Under the pieces are notes generated by a model. It did no database searches. It was not told the DNA's origin and worked only from the letters and a program-made list of their open reading frames with translations. This document shows positions 38,441 to 53,849 of a stretch of DNA of 64,000 bases, in pieces; the first letter of the stretch is position 1; each line of letters opens with the position of its first letter. Origin of the DNA: Neocallimastix sp. 'constans' (Eukaryota); NCBI GenBank assembly GCA_050613775.1, contig JBODTK010000013.1, forward strand, positions 248,001-312,000, written 5' to 3'. The position numbers and the translations under genes are program-made.

Positions 38441-41117
38441 AATAAATGAATATATATATATATAAATAAATTAGAAGGTTGATATTATTTTAAATGTAAA
38501 ATAAAATATAGTAATGTACTATAATGAAATTTAAAAAAAAAGTTTTATAGTTGAGATTAAAAAAAAATTATAATAAATACAATTTATTAAAAAAAAAAGT
38601 ATAGATATAAAAATTTAAAATTAACAAAAAAAGATTTTACATACGTACGAAGCCGTGGAGATTAATTTCCAATCCCATTTTAGAATAGAAAGTAAATCCC
38701 TTTTTTTTTTCTCATAAAAAATAAGTAATAATTAGTAGTCATTAAAGTTAGATCCAATAGTTTATAATAAATAATATAGTTTATAATAAATAAATATTTA
38801 AATTCATAATTTATAAATCATAATTATACTACGTTATGATTAATAAATAATTAATATTATAATTCATAATTAATTAATAATATTACATTATAATTTAAAA
38901 AATTAATATAATATTATAATTCATAATACATAATTAATATTAATTATATTTATATTTTTATTATATTACAAATCATAATTCATAATTAATATTTATTTTT
39001 TTTTATTTTTATATTATAATTCATAATTCATCATTTATAATTCGTAATTAATTATATATTTTTTTTTATATATAAAAAAAAAAACAGTTACTTTCATCAG
39101 TTTTTTTCATCCTTATTCTAGAGTAATATTATCTTAATTCTGAAATGATCATTTATAAAAAATAATCACTAACATTTTAAAATCTTTTAAAAATTTACGC
39201 AAGGTAAAAAATTTAAAATAATAAAATTGAAAATATTATACTCTATATTTTCATAATATAGAATTTTTTTTATTAAATTTTTTTTTTTTAATTTTATTAA
39301 TTTTTTTTTATTTTTTTTTTTATATTATTATTTAATTGCATTAAATATTAATAAAGGTATCCTTTAATTTATATACAATAGTATATAATAATTATTTATG
39401 TGTCTTTTTTCTTTTATTTTTACGTCCATGAATGGTAAATAAATAAAAAAAAAAAATATTAATTGTAATTTTATGTAAATACAAAATAGTTGTTTTCTTA
39501 AAATGCATATATGAAAATAAGAAAAAAAAAATTTATATTATTAAATTATTAAAAAAAATATATATATAAAAAAAAATATAATAGCTATGTAATAAAAAAA
39601 AATAATTGCATTATCACTATTTATAGGATAAGTTTTTTAAATAATTGAGAAAAAAATTAAATATATAATAATTTTATTTATAATAAAAAATAACATGATT
39701 TATAATAACAAAAAAAAATGTTTAATTGCTCATTGATTTACTATTGAAATTAAATAAAATAAATAAAAAAAAAAAATTGAATGATGATTGATTTGTAATT
39801 TATAAAAAAAAAAAAAAAAATAATTGATTTTTTTTTTTTTTTGCTGTTTAATAGATAGGAATGAAATTTACTTTAGTATATTATTGGAATTACTTTTACT
39901 AACAACTATTTTTTTTTTTATATGTATAATTATTTTTTTTTAATATAGAATGCCAAAAAAAAATAATAATGAATACATAAAAAATATATATTAAAAAAAA
40001 AATGAAATAGGTAATTTCAATTTTTTTTTTTTTTAATTTTGGTTGTAGTTATGTAAAAATAATAAAATAAATTAATTATTTAATTAAGAAAAAGTGTTGC
40101 CTCCTATAAATTTATAAATTTATAAGCGTTGAATTGTAATTTTCTTTGTTTTGAATGAATTAAAAAGTTGCTTTTTTTTTTTTTTTTTTTTTTGTTTTTG
40201 AAAATAAATTGTTGGTTTTTTTATTTTTGTGAGCTTTTAAAAAATAAAAAAAAATTTAAATTTTTTTTTTTTTTTAATTTCATTATTGATTGATTTGTTT
40301 ATAGACATATTGATAAAATTGAATGGCTTCTTTCAAAAGGAGAACTTTTTACTCTTCAAATATATAATATATTATATATAATAATAACTTTTTTTTTTTT
40401 TTTTTTTTTGTTATTTTTTTAAATAGATTTTCTTTTTATAAGAAAGATTTTCTCATCCCTTTCCTTCCTTCATTTGATGTCTGGATATTATTTGGTAAAA
40501 AATCTCCTCTTTCGCATTTTTTTTTAATGAAAATGGTAATGGTACAGTAATTCTATTTTGATTTTTTTTTTTTTTTTTCTATAGAAAATAGAATATAATA
40601 ATTTTTATTAATTATTATTTTATGAATAAATATATAATGTTTTTTGAGTATATATTGATAAAATAAGCATTTAGTATTGAATGACACATCCCCAATGAGA
40701 AAATATATTTTCTGATAAAAGTGTTTTGGATATCTCTTATTGTAATTTATCATTTAATAAATGATAAACTGAATTATAAAAAAGGAAAAAGGTAATGAAA
40801 ATAAAAATAGGTAATGATAATTTTTTCTTAAAAAGAAAAATAAAAATTAAATTTAAAAAAAATTTATAAATTCTTTCTTTTTAAGTTTTTTTTTTTTTTT
40901 TTTTTTAATAATAAATAAAAAAGTTGTTTTCTTTTTTATGTTATATATATATATTATTAGTTCTTATTATAATAAGAATTTATTGTTGTATGTAAATATG
41001 AATTATATTTAATTATTTTCTAATTTTTTTTTTTTTTTTTGGTATGCTAATTAGATTTATTTGGTATAGTACATGAGGTAGTCTTTTCTACATGAAAGAT
41101 CCTACGTCTCCACTTTC

Positions 41118-44100
41118 TTAGAAGGCATTCATGACAAGAGTGAAGAGGAGAAGGACGGCAGTGAGAAGTACCGATGGCTTCCAGACACGGAAGGCTCCGC
41201 TGACACTACACTTCTCTGGATTATCTTCATCCTCAATACATTCGACATAGCCGAGTTGATCAACGTTACAGATCTTCACTTCATCGGTTTCATCATCCAC
41301 TCTTACGTAGTTATTGACACAAACAAGATCGAAGGTGGACTTGGTCTCTTCAACATTGTAGGTACAGTTGGTGAAGATACCACTGACGGCTTCAAGGTAG
41401 TTCTTTCCGCGACGAGTAACCACGGCGGTGGAGTTGTTATTCTTTTGAATGTCATCGACGGCTTGCTTAATCTTATCTGGGAATTCTTCTGTGAGGGCCA
41501 ATGGGAAGTTGACGACGACGTTATCATCGTAGGAACAGTAACGAGATACGACTGGAACGAGAAGAGAGCTGACTTCACAGCGGTAGTAGGCTTCATCAAT
41601 GTAGTAGTATTGTCCACTGACACAGTTTTGCTTGACACATTCCGTGGCTTCCAATCCTTCGGAATCATGGACACAAGAGAAGACTTCTCCGGCATTGGTG
41701 AAGTAGTAGCCAGTTTCATCAATTGGCTTACATTCACCATCCTCTTGATCACAGTGATACATCTCATTATCGACGGTATAGTAGTATCCATAGTTGGCCT
41801 TTCCTTGAATGATGATTTCATCACCCTTCTTGGCAAACTTGTAGACATAGGTGTTGGTTGGATCAATGGCAATGTAGGCATATCCAGAGGTGCTTGGAGA
41901 AGACCAGACACCATCTTTGTATCTTAAGATGTTTCTGGCTTGAGCATCGTAGTAGTAGGTGTCTTCATCAGGTTCGTAGACACGACAGGAGGAAAGGTTA
42001 CATCCATAGACAACAATACTGTTATTCTTGTTCTTGTAGTTCTTACTGACGACGGTGGTGTTGGTGGAGAGACTGATGATGTAGAAACCGGTTTGATCGA
42101 CCATTTCAGCAGCAAATTGGTTCATGTGATAGAGGTGTTGAGAGTAGCCGTAGATGTAGTTATTGATGTTTCCGGCACGGTAACATTCTCCAGTTTCACG
42201 GTTCTTAATATCAGTGGTGGCAAGAACAATTTCACCCTTGTAGGTGATACAGAATTCCTGGTTCTTCAAATCTGCATTTGGAGTACATTTATTGTTGGCA
42301 AAGATACAGATGATATCCTTTTCATATGCAAAGGTGAAGACATCGTTATTCACATTGTACTTTAAGATTCTCTTGTTGACATCAGCATAGTAAGTATTGG
42401 CATCTGGCTTATCGATGATACTACAGCTACTTCCGTTACAGCGGTAGAGTTTGACATTTTCATCGTTGTAGGCATCAATTTCGTTGCCACCAACAAGCGT
42501 GTTCTTGGCCACATTGAGGAAGTAGTAACCGGTTTCGTAGAATTGAAGGACACTACCTTGATCAAGAGTGTAAATGTTGGATCCGACAGTGAAGTACATA
42601 TCATTGTAGGAATCATTGACTTCAAGACAGTTGGAGTTGGTGGTAGTGTAGACATAGGTAGAGGTGACTCCAGAAATGACATTTGGCTTGACAACAACGG
42701 TATCTGTGGCAAAGTAGAAGACGGAACGATCACTGTTGGTACAGATGTTTCCAGCAGCAATAGAAGTGGTAGCCGATTTAGTCATGGCATATTCAAGGGT
42801 GATGTAACACTTGTTGTTGTTAAATTCACACATTGGAATGGCAGCTAATTCACTGGCAGAGAGAGCAGCACACTTTCCGGCAACACAACGAATAATACCA
42901 TAGGCATCATCGGAGTTATCTCTTAAATTGACCATCTTTCCATCTTCTTCCAAGTCATCATCATCACGTCCATGGACATTTTGAACATTTTGAGCATTAT
43001 CGGAACGTTTATTGGAAGTGAGACCCTTGAGAGCACCTCTGAAGATACCATTCTTGACGGTAATGGTCTTACACTTGTGACCAGCCTTACAACGAATTAA
43101 GACATTGGAAAGGCTAGACATATAGAAACCATTGTTGGTGGCTTCAGAAGAACAGGTGACCACATTACTGTTTTGGACACAGTTGATAATGGTGTTGCTG
43201 CTTTCAGAGGAATCAGCATTATCATAGTAGTTGACAGTTGGAGTAAATTCAGCACAAGAAGTTGGACTAGTACATTGAATCAAAAGAGTACTGGTATGAG
43301 TGAGGTAATATCCGGATTTAGCCTTGGCAACACTGCATTTACCACCCTTACATTCAATGATGGCATTATTTCTCTTATCGAATCCAGCATTGACATATTT
43401 GACCTTATTCTTGACTTGACTGTAGGAACAGCTAGTAGCGGTGGTACATTTAATGACACCATTGTTATCAGTATGACCATGAGCGACGTAGTAACCAACT
43501 TCAGCAGCTACCGTCATACAGTTACTATTGTTGCATTGAATTAAACTGTTAGTAGTGGAGTCATAGCCACTATTTTCGTAATAAGTGGAACTCTTTGGTT
43601 TGAGGCTAACACATTTCTCTCCATTTTCACATTGAATAATGTATGGATGCTTGGTGCCACTGGTGACACGGTTACCATCAACAACATAACCGGTGAATGA
43701 AGCGTATTCCAAGTTGCCGTCGTTACAGAAGACAGCCTTGCGATTTTCAGAATCAAACATGTAGGTGTTGGAAGTACATCCTGGACGTTCTGTACAGACC
43801 TTGGTGGAATCATTACAATCATAGAGGGAGATGTCAGAGGTATCACCACCTAAAGAATCGACTAATTTACCATTCTTATCGATCATGACAACACCACTTT
43901 GGTAGAAGCGGTTAATGAAGTAACGAGAAATCTTGAATAAGGAACCAATTTCAGACTTAATACCTGGGAATCCGTTACTTGGAATGGTAGCGAAGGCATA
44001 GGTATCATCTGATTTAGAGGCAGTAATAGCTGTGCTGTTATTAGCAGTGAAGAATTTCAATTGACCATCTTCATAACAGTAGTTTCCTGGAACTGCTTTT

Positions 44101-47100
44101 TCAGCCGATGGACATGATTTGGTGTCTTCTTCTTCACATTCGTTTCCTTCCTTTTCACACTTGATAATCTTCTTTTCATCATTACCAGCATTGACATAGT
44201 AACCGAGATCAACCTTAACGGTACTACAACCTTCAGTGGAATCACAAATGATGGTTTGATTGGTTGACTTGTTGTAACCGCTATTTAAGTAGTATCCTTC
44301 GGAAGTGAAGGCTGAAGTTAAGGTACATTTTTCTTCATCATCTCTCTTTCTACGTCTTTCAGCTGGTGCAGTGGATTTCACACATTTAATTAAACCATCG
44401 ACATTGTCACCATCCTTACCAATGTAGTACATTGGAACAGCAGCTGGAGTTTGCTTTTCACATTTCTTGTTGGAACAGAAAATGATAGCGTTGTTCAAAT
44501 CAGTGCTTTCCGCATTGACGAAGTATTCGACTCCCTTTTCGACGGTGGCCACACCAACACATCCGTTGTCAGAGGAACATTGAATTAATTGTTTATTGTC
44601 ACCGGATTCAGAGTAGTTGGAATTGACGTAGACACCTTCGTTGGTATCTGCTTCTGCCTTACAGGTACATTTCACAGTATCGTCTTCAAGGGCACATTCA
44701 ATGATGTCATAATTCAATGGAGTTTCATCAATATCACCAGCGTTGATATAGTATTCCTTACTTGTTTCAGTGGCAGCACTGGCGGTCTTACTACAGGCAT
44801 TCTTGGCGCACTTTATCAATGGAACATTGGCGTTATCGATATCATTGCTATTGACATAGACTTGGTATTGGGCGGCCTTGTAGAGATCACAGGTGACGGC
44901 ATCGTCATCTCCGCTGGCACATTGAATAAGGGCGTATTCAAATTTATCTTTTCCTTCATTACCTGAATTAAGGTAATAGTTTGGTGCGGGTGAGGATGAG
45001 GATTGTTCTTCAGCTGGTGTTTCATTAGCTGGTGGATCTGCTGGTGTATCTGGTATCACATCTGCTTCTCTTATTTCTTGATTTACATTTTCCATTTCGG
45101 ATGTAGCTTGGCTTTCATCACCAAGGGTAACGGGAGTAGCTACACAACCATCTGTTTCTGAACAAATAATCAATTGGTTATCAGCGTCGTAAGTGTTACC
45201 GTTGAGGTAGACATCTCCAACCTTACCGTTAGTAATATCACAAGAGATAGATCCTTCGCCATCAGATTTACCACTACTCTTTTTGAGGGTACATTTAATC
45301 AAGTCTAACTTGAGTGGATCACCATCTGGAATATCACCACCATTAACAAAGAATTGAGGTTTGTTTTCTTCAGCGGTTGAGTCTTTAGCGCTACATCCTA
45401 CGTCAGATACACATGAAATAACAGTAGATGAATTAAATGAATTGATATAAACCATTTCACCTACTCCAGGCGCAGGTTCACAGATATTCTTGCCTTCTTC
45501 ATTTGGAGAACATTTAATGAGATCATTATCAAGAGGTTCTTCATCAGAAGTTTTTAAGTCACTTGAGTTCAAGAAGTATTGATATTTCTCAGTAGTAGCT
45601 GTACTTGGAACGGCCTTACATCCAGTGGAGTCGTCCTTACAAATAATAAGTTGTTGATCAAGAGCATTAATGTAGATATCCTTTTCTTCAGCTACGACTA
45701 CTACACATGCACTCTCCGAACTTTCACATTTAATTAAGGTATCCGTTAATTTTTCGGAACTGGAGGCACCTGCATTAACATAATAGACAGGTGTTGTTTC
45801 CTCGCCTTCAATGGCAGCTGCTTCCACACAATCATCACTGGTACATTTAATAAGTTGTTTTTTGTCAGTGTCTGCTTCTTCGAAATTTGAATTTATAAAG
45901 ACATCATTTTCCTTGGTTGTTAAACCGGTATCACAAGCTATTGTACCTTCAGCATTAGCGACACATCTAATGATTTCAGTTTTAGTAGCACCATCATAAT
46001 CAGATCCATCGCTCTTGGTATCGGCATTAACATAAAATTCTGGTGCCTCGGCTGTTGCGCCACTCACTACTAATTCACAAGTTCCTGCAGCAATACATTT
46101 AATAAGTTGATTTGTTGTATCAGCACCTTCGCGATAGTTTGCATTCAAAAATACCTTCTTACCACCCTTTAAATCATCTGTAGCGACTATAGCACAACCA
46201 GTATCATTGTAACATTTGATAAGACTCTTTTCTGTTGCATTATTAATATAATATGCTGAAGTAGTAGATGTAGAATCATTAAGGGAAGAGGAACAACCGG
46301 TAGTAGTGAAGCAACGAATAATATTCTTGACATTAAAGGAATCAATGTAGACATCTTTATCCGTTGCAGTATTAGGTGTACATGATGCAGGTGTACTTGA
46401 AAAATCACATTCAATTACTGCGTTTGTTAATTTATTATCTGTAGCAGGTTCTCCGTGTACATAATGTTCCTTTACACCATCAACAGGAGTAGGATTCTTG
46501 TAAACGGCACAATTCTCAGCAGTACATTTGATAAGGTAATTTTCGGCATCCTTATCTGTAGCATAATTACCATTAACGAAGAAGTATTCTGTAGCAGTGC
46601 CGGCAAGGGTAACACTTTGAGCAGTACAAGCAGTGGTGTCGGTACACTTAATTAAGTTGTAACTGGCATTCGTACTATCAGTATAAGTTCCAGCATTGAC
46701 GTAATATACATTACTTCCGGAAGCATCAAAAGTAGTACAAGCCTTACTGGCGCCAGCACATATAATTATAGGTTTATTATCCGTTTCACTATAACCATTG
46801 AGAAAGACGTCATTTTCGTTAATTTCTTCCACTGGAGTACAAGCCGTGTCACTACATTGAATTATTTTCTTGGCGTAGTCGGTAGTAACAGAGGCAACGG
46901 CAGCATTTCTGTAGAAGGCTGGCACGTCAGCATTTTCAGTTCCTGCATAAGCTTCACATTTTGTACTTGTACATTGAATTAATAATCCAGTGGAAGCATT
47001 AATATAGATGTCATTAGCGACAACTCCAGTAGCAACAATTACAGGGGTAGCAACTAAAGCGGCAACAGCATCATCACGTCTTCTTGGAGGTTGTGCTTGA

Positions 47101-49787
47101 GCGGTTGGAGCTCCAAAAGTGACTTTAATTAAGGAGTTGGTTAATGCAGTTCCAGCACCATTCACATAGTATTCGACATCATCTGCCGTTTGGCCTGTCT
47201 TTCCAAAGGCGACACATCCATTCTCAGTGGTACATTTGATGAGATAGTTCACAGTATCCGTTCCATAGTTTTTATTAATAAAGATTAATTCAGTGACGGG
47301 TTCATCAATACTTTGAGCTGTAGCTGCACAAGAGCCATTACATACAATCAATGTATCAGTCAATTTATCAGTAGCAGAAGCACCGGCATTGACGTAGTAT
47401 TCTGTAGCTGTTGCCCCATCGCTTGTTTTTCCTTCACATTTTTTGTTACTACATATGATTAATTGGTTGGTATCACCGCTATCATTGTAATTAGCATTAA
47501 CGTAGACGTCATTTTCACTGGCATCAGCAGTGGCACAATCTGTGGCGGAGGTACATCTAATCAACAACTTTTCATAGTCGTCATCCGTATCTACGGCAGC
47601 ATTAACATAATAAGCTGGGGCATCAGTGGTACCTGTACCATCAGCACCCGCACAACCATCAGTAGCAGTTTTACATTGAATTAACTTTTTATCGGAGGCA
47701 TTATTGAGGTAGACGGAATTGGCAGCAACTTCAGCTAAAACGGAACAAGAAACAGTACTGGTACCGGTACATTTAATGATAGCATTCTTTAATTTTTCCG
47801 ATGTGTCAGGAACTGCATTAATATAGAAACCCTCAGTAACACCAGTAGCAGGAGCGCAAGTAACATTAGTACCATCGGATTCACATAAAATTAATCCAGA
47901 ATAGGAAGATGGCGTGGCTTCAGTTCTTTTTTTAGTGGTTGGTGGTGCAATGATCTTACTAGCGTCTGCATAATAACCAGCTTCTATAGTAGTTGGATTA
48001 GTACATGTTCCGTCATCCTTACATTCAATTAATTTAGCAAATTTACCAGTTGTATCCTTACTTCCTTGATCGATGAAATATCCAGTGACAGATTTTGGAT
48101 TAGTTTCACAGGCTGTCGAGGTACAAATGATTAATGGTTTGGAAGTAGCGTCAGTTCCTGAATTTAAATAGTAACCCACTTCTCCTGCAGATGCAACACA
48201 TTTCGTATTGGTGTCGTCATAGGTAATAAGAGCTTTATCTATAACGGAAGCACCTGAATTGACGTAGGTTTGTCCGATGGCACAAGTAGCAGTGGCACAA
48301 CCAGTACTTGTACAAGAAATAAGACCATCAGTGGCGTCAGTTGTGACGGCAGCATTCAAATAGGTAGTATCTGCCCCAGCCGTTTTCGCCATACATTGGG
48401 AGCCATTGCATTGGATGAGGGCATCTGTTAAGCCGGAAGAGACCGCGCCATTGATGTAGACGGCATCAGCCGCTGGAGCTGATGAAGCCCATGCATCGGT
48501 GGCGTCTTTAGCAATGACGTTGGTGTATGTAATGACGATTTGTCCCTCGACGGTAGTGGATGTTTTGGTGCCAGCATCTAAAAAGACACCAGTTGTTGTT
48601 GTCGAATCCACAGTACAACCTGAACTTTCACATTTAATTAAAGATTTTGTACCGGCGGTAGTACCATCAATTAAAAAGTAATCCTTATCGACAGCATCGA
48701 CAGTGGTACAGCTGCTGTCATTACATTTAATCATGGCCTTCGTGAGAGCGGAGGCCCCGGAATTAACGTAGATACTATTAGGGGTACCAGCAGTGGCATA
48801 ACAACTAGAACTGGCACAAGTAATAAGTGCATCACCTATTGCGGTTTGAGCGGCGTTAACATAGTTTTTATCATCATTAGTAGCTTCACTTGAAGAACAT
48901 GTAATCGTTCCATTATTATCAGTACATTTAATTAATTTTGTGAATTTGGATGTATCGTTTGTATCTGGAGCGCTGGCGTCCAAGTAAACCCCTTCAGCTA
49001 CGTTAGTAGCCGGAGTAGCACCAGTGCTATCAACCTTGAACAAGAGGGTAGTGGTGGCGTCGATATTAGATCCCGTATTTACGTAGTATCCTACCGTTTC
49101 TGCTTTAGTACAGGTATGGGCACTACTGTCACAGGAAAGAAGCACATTTTTGTTCTCCTTTAAAAATAGGGTAAGCGTACCTTCGGTTAATTTACTATCA
49201 CTGGTATGTTGATAGAGGTATAAAGTATTACCATTTAATTCACCGGTAAAATCATATTCTGTACAGCCACCCGAAGCCGGGCAATTATAAACATAGTAGC
49301 CATTCGCAGTTAGTCCTGTTACTGGGTTACATCCTGTAGTCTGACTGTTATATAATTTATTATCGGTACCATCACTAACAAGACATAAACCTGTTATAGC
49401 TGTATTATCATCAGTGCTTTGACATTGACCAGTTTCAGCAGGAGTGGTACATACCGGTATACCTAATTATAATTATTATTATTAATTTTTTTTTTATATA
49501 TTTAATAAATATCAAGAAATATTTGATGATTACGTATCATTAAATAAATCATTTCATATTTTTATTTATTACAAAAAAAAAAAAAATAAAAATATTAAAT
49601 TATTTATTTAAAAAGTCCTATATTATTTATCTTATTTAATAAGTCCTATACCTGTTGCTGAAACTCTATTAGCAATGAAAACTAATCCTAGAAGGCTAAA
49701 TAATTATTTAAGTAAAAAATAATTTTTTATAATTTAAATTAGTGATGGTTAGTAAATAATAATAATTTATTTTTTTTATTTTCTTTC

Positions 49788-49830
<43 letters not shown>

Positions 49831-50720
49831 TTTAATTCCTTAAATCCAATTCACTCATAAAATAATTATTCTATTCTGTAATCATATGACTATTTTTGTG
49901 GCTTATTTTAAATTTAATTTATTTTTTTAGTATTAGTGAAAATAATTTATTATAAATTATTTATGGCTAATTTTTTAAAATAAATTTATATCTGATATCT
50001 ATTTTTATATCCATTGAGTTCATTATTATTTATTTAAAATAAATGTATTTATTCATTTATTTTATATTAACTATATAAACTAATAATAATCATTCATTTA
50101 TTTAATTTTTTTTAAATTTTTTTATAATTTTTTATTAAAGTAATATATATGATTATATATTATAAAATATATTAAAATAAATTTTAATATATTTTAATTA
50201 TAAAATAATATATTATAGTCAATTTTAATATATTATATTATATATTATTACATAATTTAATTTATATTCTATATTTAATTCCATATAAATGTATTTTATA
50301 TTTTCTATCATTTATAATATATTATATTAATTTATTTATTTTAATGTATATTATAATATATTTTAATTTATACTTCATATATTAATTTAAATTTAATTTA
50401 TTATAAAATTAATTCCATTGGATGATGTCTGAATAAAGTTTTTTTAGATTTCTAAATATTTATTTAAATTGAATGTATTCATTGACTTCAACTATAAATT
50501 TATTTATATTATTATTAATCTATTCATTCATATTCTTAAAATTGTAAATAAAAAATCAAATAAATAGTAATAAAAAATAATTTTTTTTTCTTTTTCATTT
50601 TTTAATAATTCCAATTCAACAAATAAAAATAAATAAATAAATATTATATAATTAAATAAATATAATATAAATAAATAAATAAATTTTTTTAGTTTACCTC
50701 AAATATTTCCAACCCAACAT
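41118..50720 (-). CDS. Fungal cellulosome scaffoldin-like surface protein, copy 2 (~2803 aa; exons 50720-50698, 49695-49652, 49462-41118)
   Basis: The frame stays open 105 codons upstream of the listed ORF, up to an acceptor at 49463-49464. The spliced N-terminus is MLGWKYLSLLGLVFIANRVSA-TGIPVC. It has the same Cys repeats, intron phases and hydrophobic tail as copy 1. Confidence 0.88.
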
Positions 50721-52088
50721 TTTAAAAAAATTTTAATTTTTTATGGCTGGGTTGAATGGGAGAAATGTAAAAAAAAAATTTTTTTTTTGATATATAAAAC
50801 AAAAATTTAAAAATTTATTTTTTATATTTTCTTTTTATTATTATTATTATTATTATTATTAAATATTTTCTTCTATTTTCTATTTAAACTATTTTATTTA
50901 TGAATAAAAAAAGGAAAAAACTTTTTTTTTTCTTATTTTATTTTCTTCTCTCTATTTAAAAAAATAAAATAAAATAAAAAATTTTGGGTATCTTCTAATA
51001 ATAAAAATAAAAATAAAAGAAAAAAAATAGGTAAATAAATAAAGGTCTTTGAATATATTTTTATTTTATTATAGAATAAAATAAAATAAAAAAAAGAAAA
51101 CAACTGTAGAGAGAATAAATAAAAATAAAAAATAAAAAAAAAATTATTTCAATAAATATTTATATTTTTTCAAATTTTTATAAACAAAATAAAAAGAAGA
51201 AAAAGAAGAAAAAAAAGTTTACAAGAGTATAAAAAAAGAAAAGAGAAGATTAGATTTAACGAAAAAAAAAATAGAAAGTTTGAAAAAAAATACAAAAAAA
51301 AAAAAATTTAAACCTTAAACACCTCATTAATAAAAAAATAAAAATTTTTAAATAATAAATAAATATTAATTATAGAATAAAACTAAAATATTAAATAGAC
51401 TATTGTTAAAAAAAAAATAATAATAAAAGTTCAATTACTAAATGGAGTCATTGCAAATAAAAGGTAAATATTTATTAATTTTTTTTTATTAAATATTATA
51501 ATATTTAAATTAAAATAATAAAATAGAGTAAAGGTAAGTGTTTTAGTATATTTTTATAATAAAGATATAAATTTTTGTTTTATGTATTCCTAATTTTTAG
51601 AATTAAGCCATTCAATTGACATGCCATACATCCCATCTCATATAAATTTCTCTTATTTTTTTAGATTTAAAAAAAAAAATAAAGGGATGGCTTAAAAAAA
51701 ACAATTAATAATGAACCAATAGTTTATTTCAATGAAAAATTAAATCATTGGTTGAATAAATATTAATATTTTATTAATTAAAAATAAAAATAAAATAAAA
51801 AGACAACATCATATTAGAATTAACAAATTTCAAAATCTTATTTTTTTTTTTAAACAACATTAACTTTATAAAATAATAATAAAAATTTTCATTAGAAGGA
51901 ACTCTTGAATTTCTTTATTTTAATATAAAAGATAAAATAAAAATATAGAAATTAATTAATACGAAAAATTTGATATAATAAAGGTAGTACAGTATTTTTT
52001 TTTTTTTTTTTTTCAAAAATTAAAATCAATAGAGGTTAGGATTCTTAAAAATAAAATAGTCAATAAGATAAGTAAATAAATAAAATAA

Positions 52089-52133
<45 letters not shown>

Positions 52134-53849
52134 TAATTACATTTCCTAGAGGGACAGTTTTGAAATTGAAATTGAATAATTGAACAAATGGTTAGTTAAT
52201 AAATAATATTTATTTGCACTTAGCAGTATTATTGTTAAAGAATTTAACGGAAGAGCAATTCGTTTCTTCTCATTGTTCATATTTTTTTAAAATAATAAAA
52301 ATAAAAGAAACAAAATCTATTATAAAAATATTTTATTTAGTAAAAAATAAAAAATAAATTAAAAAATATAAACTAATAATAATGTTTAATAATAAAATAA
52401 AAAAGTATTTTTATAATTATAAAATATAAATATAAATGCTTTAACGGAGAAAAATAATTTTAAATTAAATTAATAAGAACTAACAACGAAAAAAAGGTAT
52501 TATTTTTTTTCTTTTTCTTTTTTTTTTATTCTTAAGAATATTTGTATAACTAATTAAAATTAATTTTAAAAAATAACACGATAACAAAAAAATTATTAAT
52601 AAAACTTAATGACTAAATTCAAACAAAAAATAAAACGTAAAAATAAAAAATAGTAAAAGTAAAACTAAATGACTAAATTAAAAATAATTTAAAAATATAT
52701 ATATATATTTATCAAAATAAATAAAATTAAATACGATAAAAAAAAAATTAAAATTATTTAAAAAAAGAATAAAGATACAAAATATTTAAAAGGAAAAGAA
52801 ATGTTATTGAAATTAAAATAATTTTATTAAATATATCATTAAAGATAGAGTAGAAAAAAAAATACACTAAAAAAGTGGACATTTTTTTTTAAAAGGTAAA
52901 TTTTTTTTATTTATTTATTTTTTTTTATTAGTATAAGTTATTTATTTAATTTTAAGCCCCTTTTTTATTTATTTATTTTATTTTATTTTTCCTCATTAGT
53001 TTTATTATTATTAATCTTTCTTGTAACATTAATTTTTATTTTACGAAAATTTTTATTTTATAGATATTATTATTAAAAAAGAATTTTTTTTTTTTTCTAT
53101 TGCAATATTATTTTTCATTTGTAATTTTTTTTTTTTTAATTAAATATATATTTTATATTTTTTTTTTTACAAAATTATTAATCATTTTTTATTTTTATTT
53201 TTATTATTAATTATAAATTATAAAGCATTTTGAAGTTTATTATTTACCATTAAATACTCTTATTGTTATTTATTTATTATTTATTATTAAATAATACTAT
53301 TATTTTTTATTTATTATTTCTTTTATTTTTTATTAATAATAGTCTATTATTTATTATTTATTATTCAATTATTTATTATTTATTATGTCCATTTTTGTTA
53401 ATTTATTGTTTATAATTATTTTATTTTCAATAAAAATATTTATGGATATTCCACCAAATGATTTGTACAACTCTTCATTTTTATTAATTAATTAAAAATT
53501 ACATCCAATTTTTTTTTGAGCTTAAATTTATATAAAATAAACTTCTGACCTAAATTAAATTTTTAATTTAAAATTAAAAATTTAATCTAATTAATTAATT
53601 TTTATTTGTAGTTTTTCATCTTTGTTGAACTTTATTTATTAATATTTTATAAAATTTCATTTCTTGTGGCTTGATTTTATTAGAAATAACTAAAAATTAA
53701 TAAATCATTAAATCATTAAATAATTAGAAAGGGTTAGAAAAGGGTAAAAAAAATAAATAGTATATATATAATTAATAAATAAAAGATTTTTTTTATTATT
53801 ATAATTCTTTATTTAATTTTATTACTATTGACATGCTTTTATTTTTATT

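Noticed and set aside
25823..48681. Many short plus-strand and alternate-frame ORFs overlapping the two giant genes, duplicated between paralogues
   Set aside because: They are shadows of codon bias in the real CDS. Their duplication just mirrors paralogue identity.
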